Positions 63,879 to 64,000 of a stretch of DNA of 64,000 nucleotides are shown here, one piece after another. Each line of letters begins with the position of its first letter. Position 1 is the stretch's first letter. Origin of the DNA: Heptranchias perlo (lineage: Eukaryota); NCBI RefSeq assembly GCF_035084215.1, contig NC_090364.1, positions 4,340,001-4,404,000 of the forward strand. The letters are read 5' to 3'. The notes below the pieces were generated by a model. That model was given only the letters and a program-made list of their open reading frames with translations, was not told where the DNA came from and searched no databases. The translations under genes and the position numbers were made by a program.

Positions 63879-64000
63879 CTGGACTGTTGTCCATGTTGCA
63901 GATATTCAACTTGTGTATTGAAGTGTTATGTTGTCATCTCTCTGAACTGGGAATGGAATTCCAAGTCTAAGATTAACTTCCAAACATTGTAGTTGAGTGT

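Overview
Vertebrate genomic DNA, most likely a cartilaginous fish judging from the SacSINE1/DeuSINE-like SINEs, CR1 LINEs and Tx1-type LINEs. It holds a tandem array of 12 four-exon ferritin H/M-type subunit genes (G1-G12; exons 102/147/126/153-156 nt, phase-0 GT-AG introns, 175-176 aa). G1-G3 are on the minus strand and G4-G12 on the plus strand. G3 is a pseudogene and the other 11 have intact spliced ORFs. Main observations: (1) six of the 12 copies carry Lys at the ferroxidase ligand E62 (human H numbering), three of them also H65D, an L-chain-like ferroxidase-null signature interleaved with intact copies. (2) No copy has an intact 5'UTR iron-responsive element, although a decayed IRE is visible in class-B copies. 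(3) A ~310-bp upstream block with kappaB-, C/EBP- and ZNF143-like motifs is almost invariant across five copies. (4) The duplication unit appears to break in exon 4, so each gene's C-terminus and 3'UTR predict the promoter class of the next gene (10 of 10 junctions). (5) There are nested 11-kb and 27.7-kb duplications, exon-restricted homogenisation, and repeated Tx1 insertions in the promoters. All coordinates and comparisons were read by eye; no database search was run.
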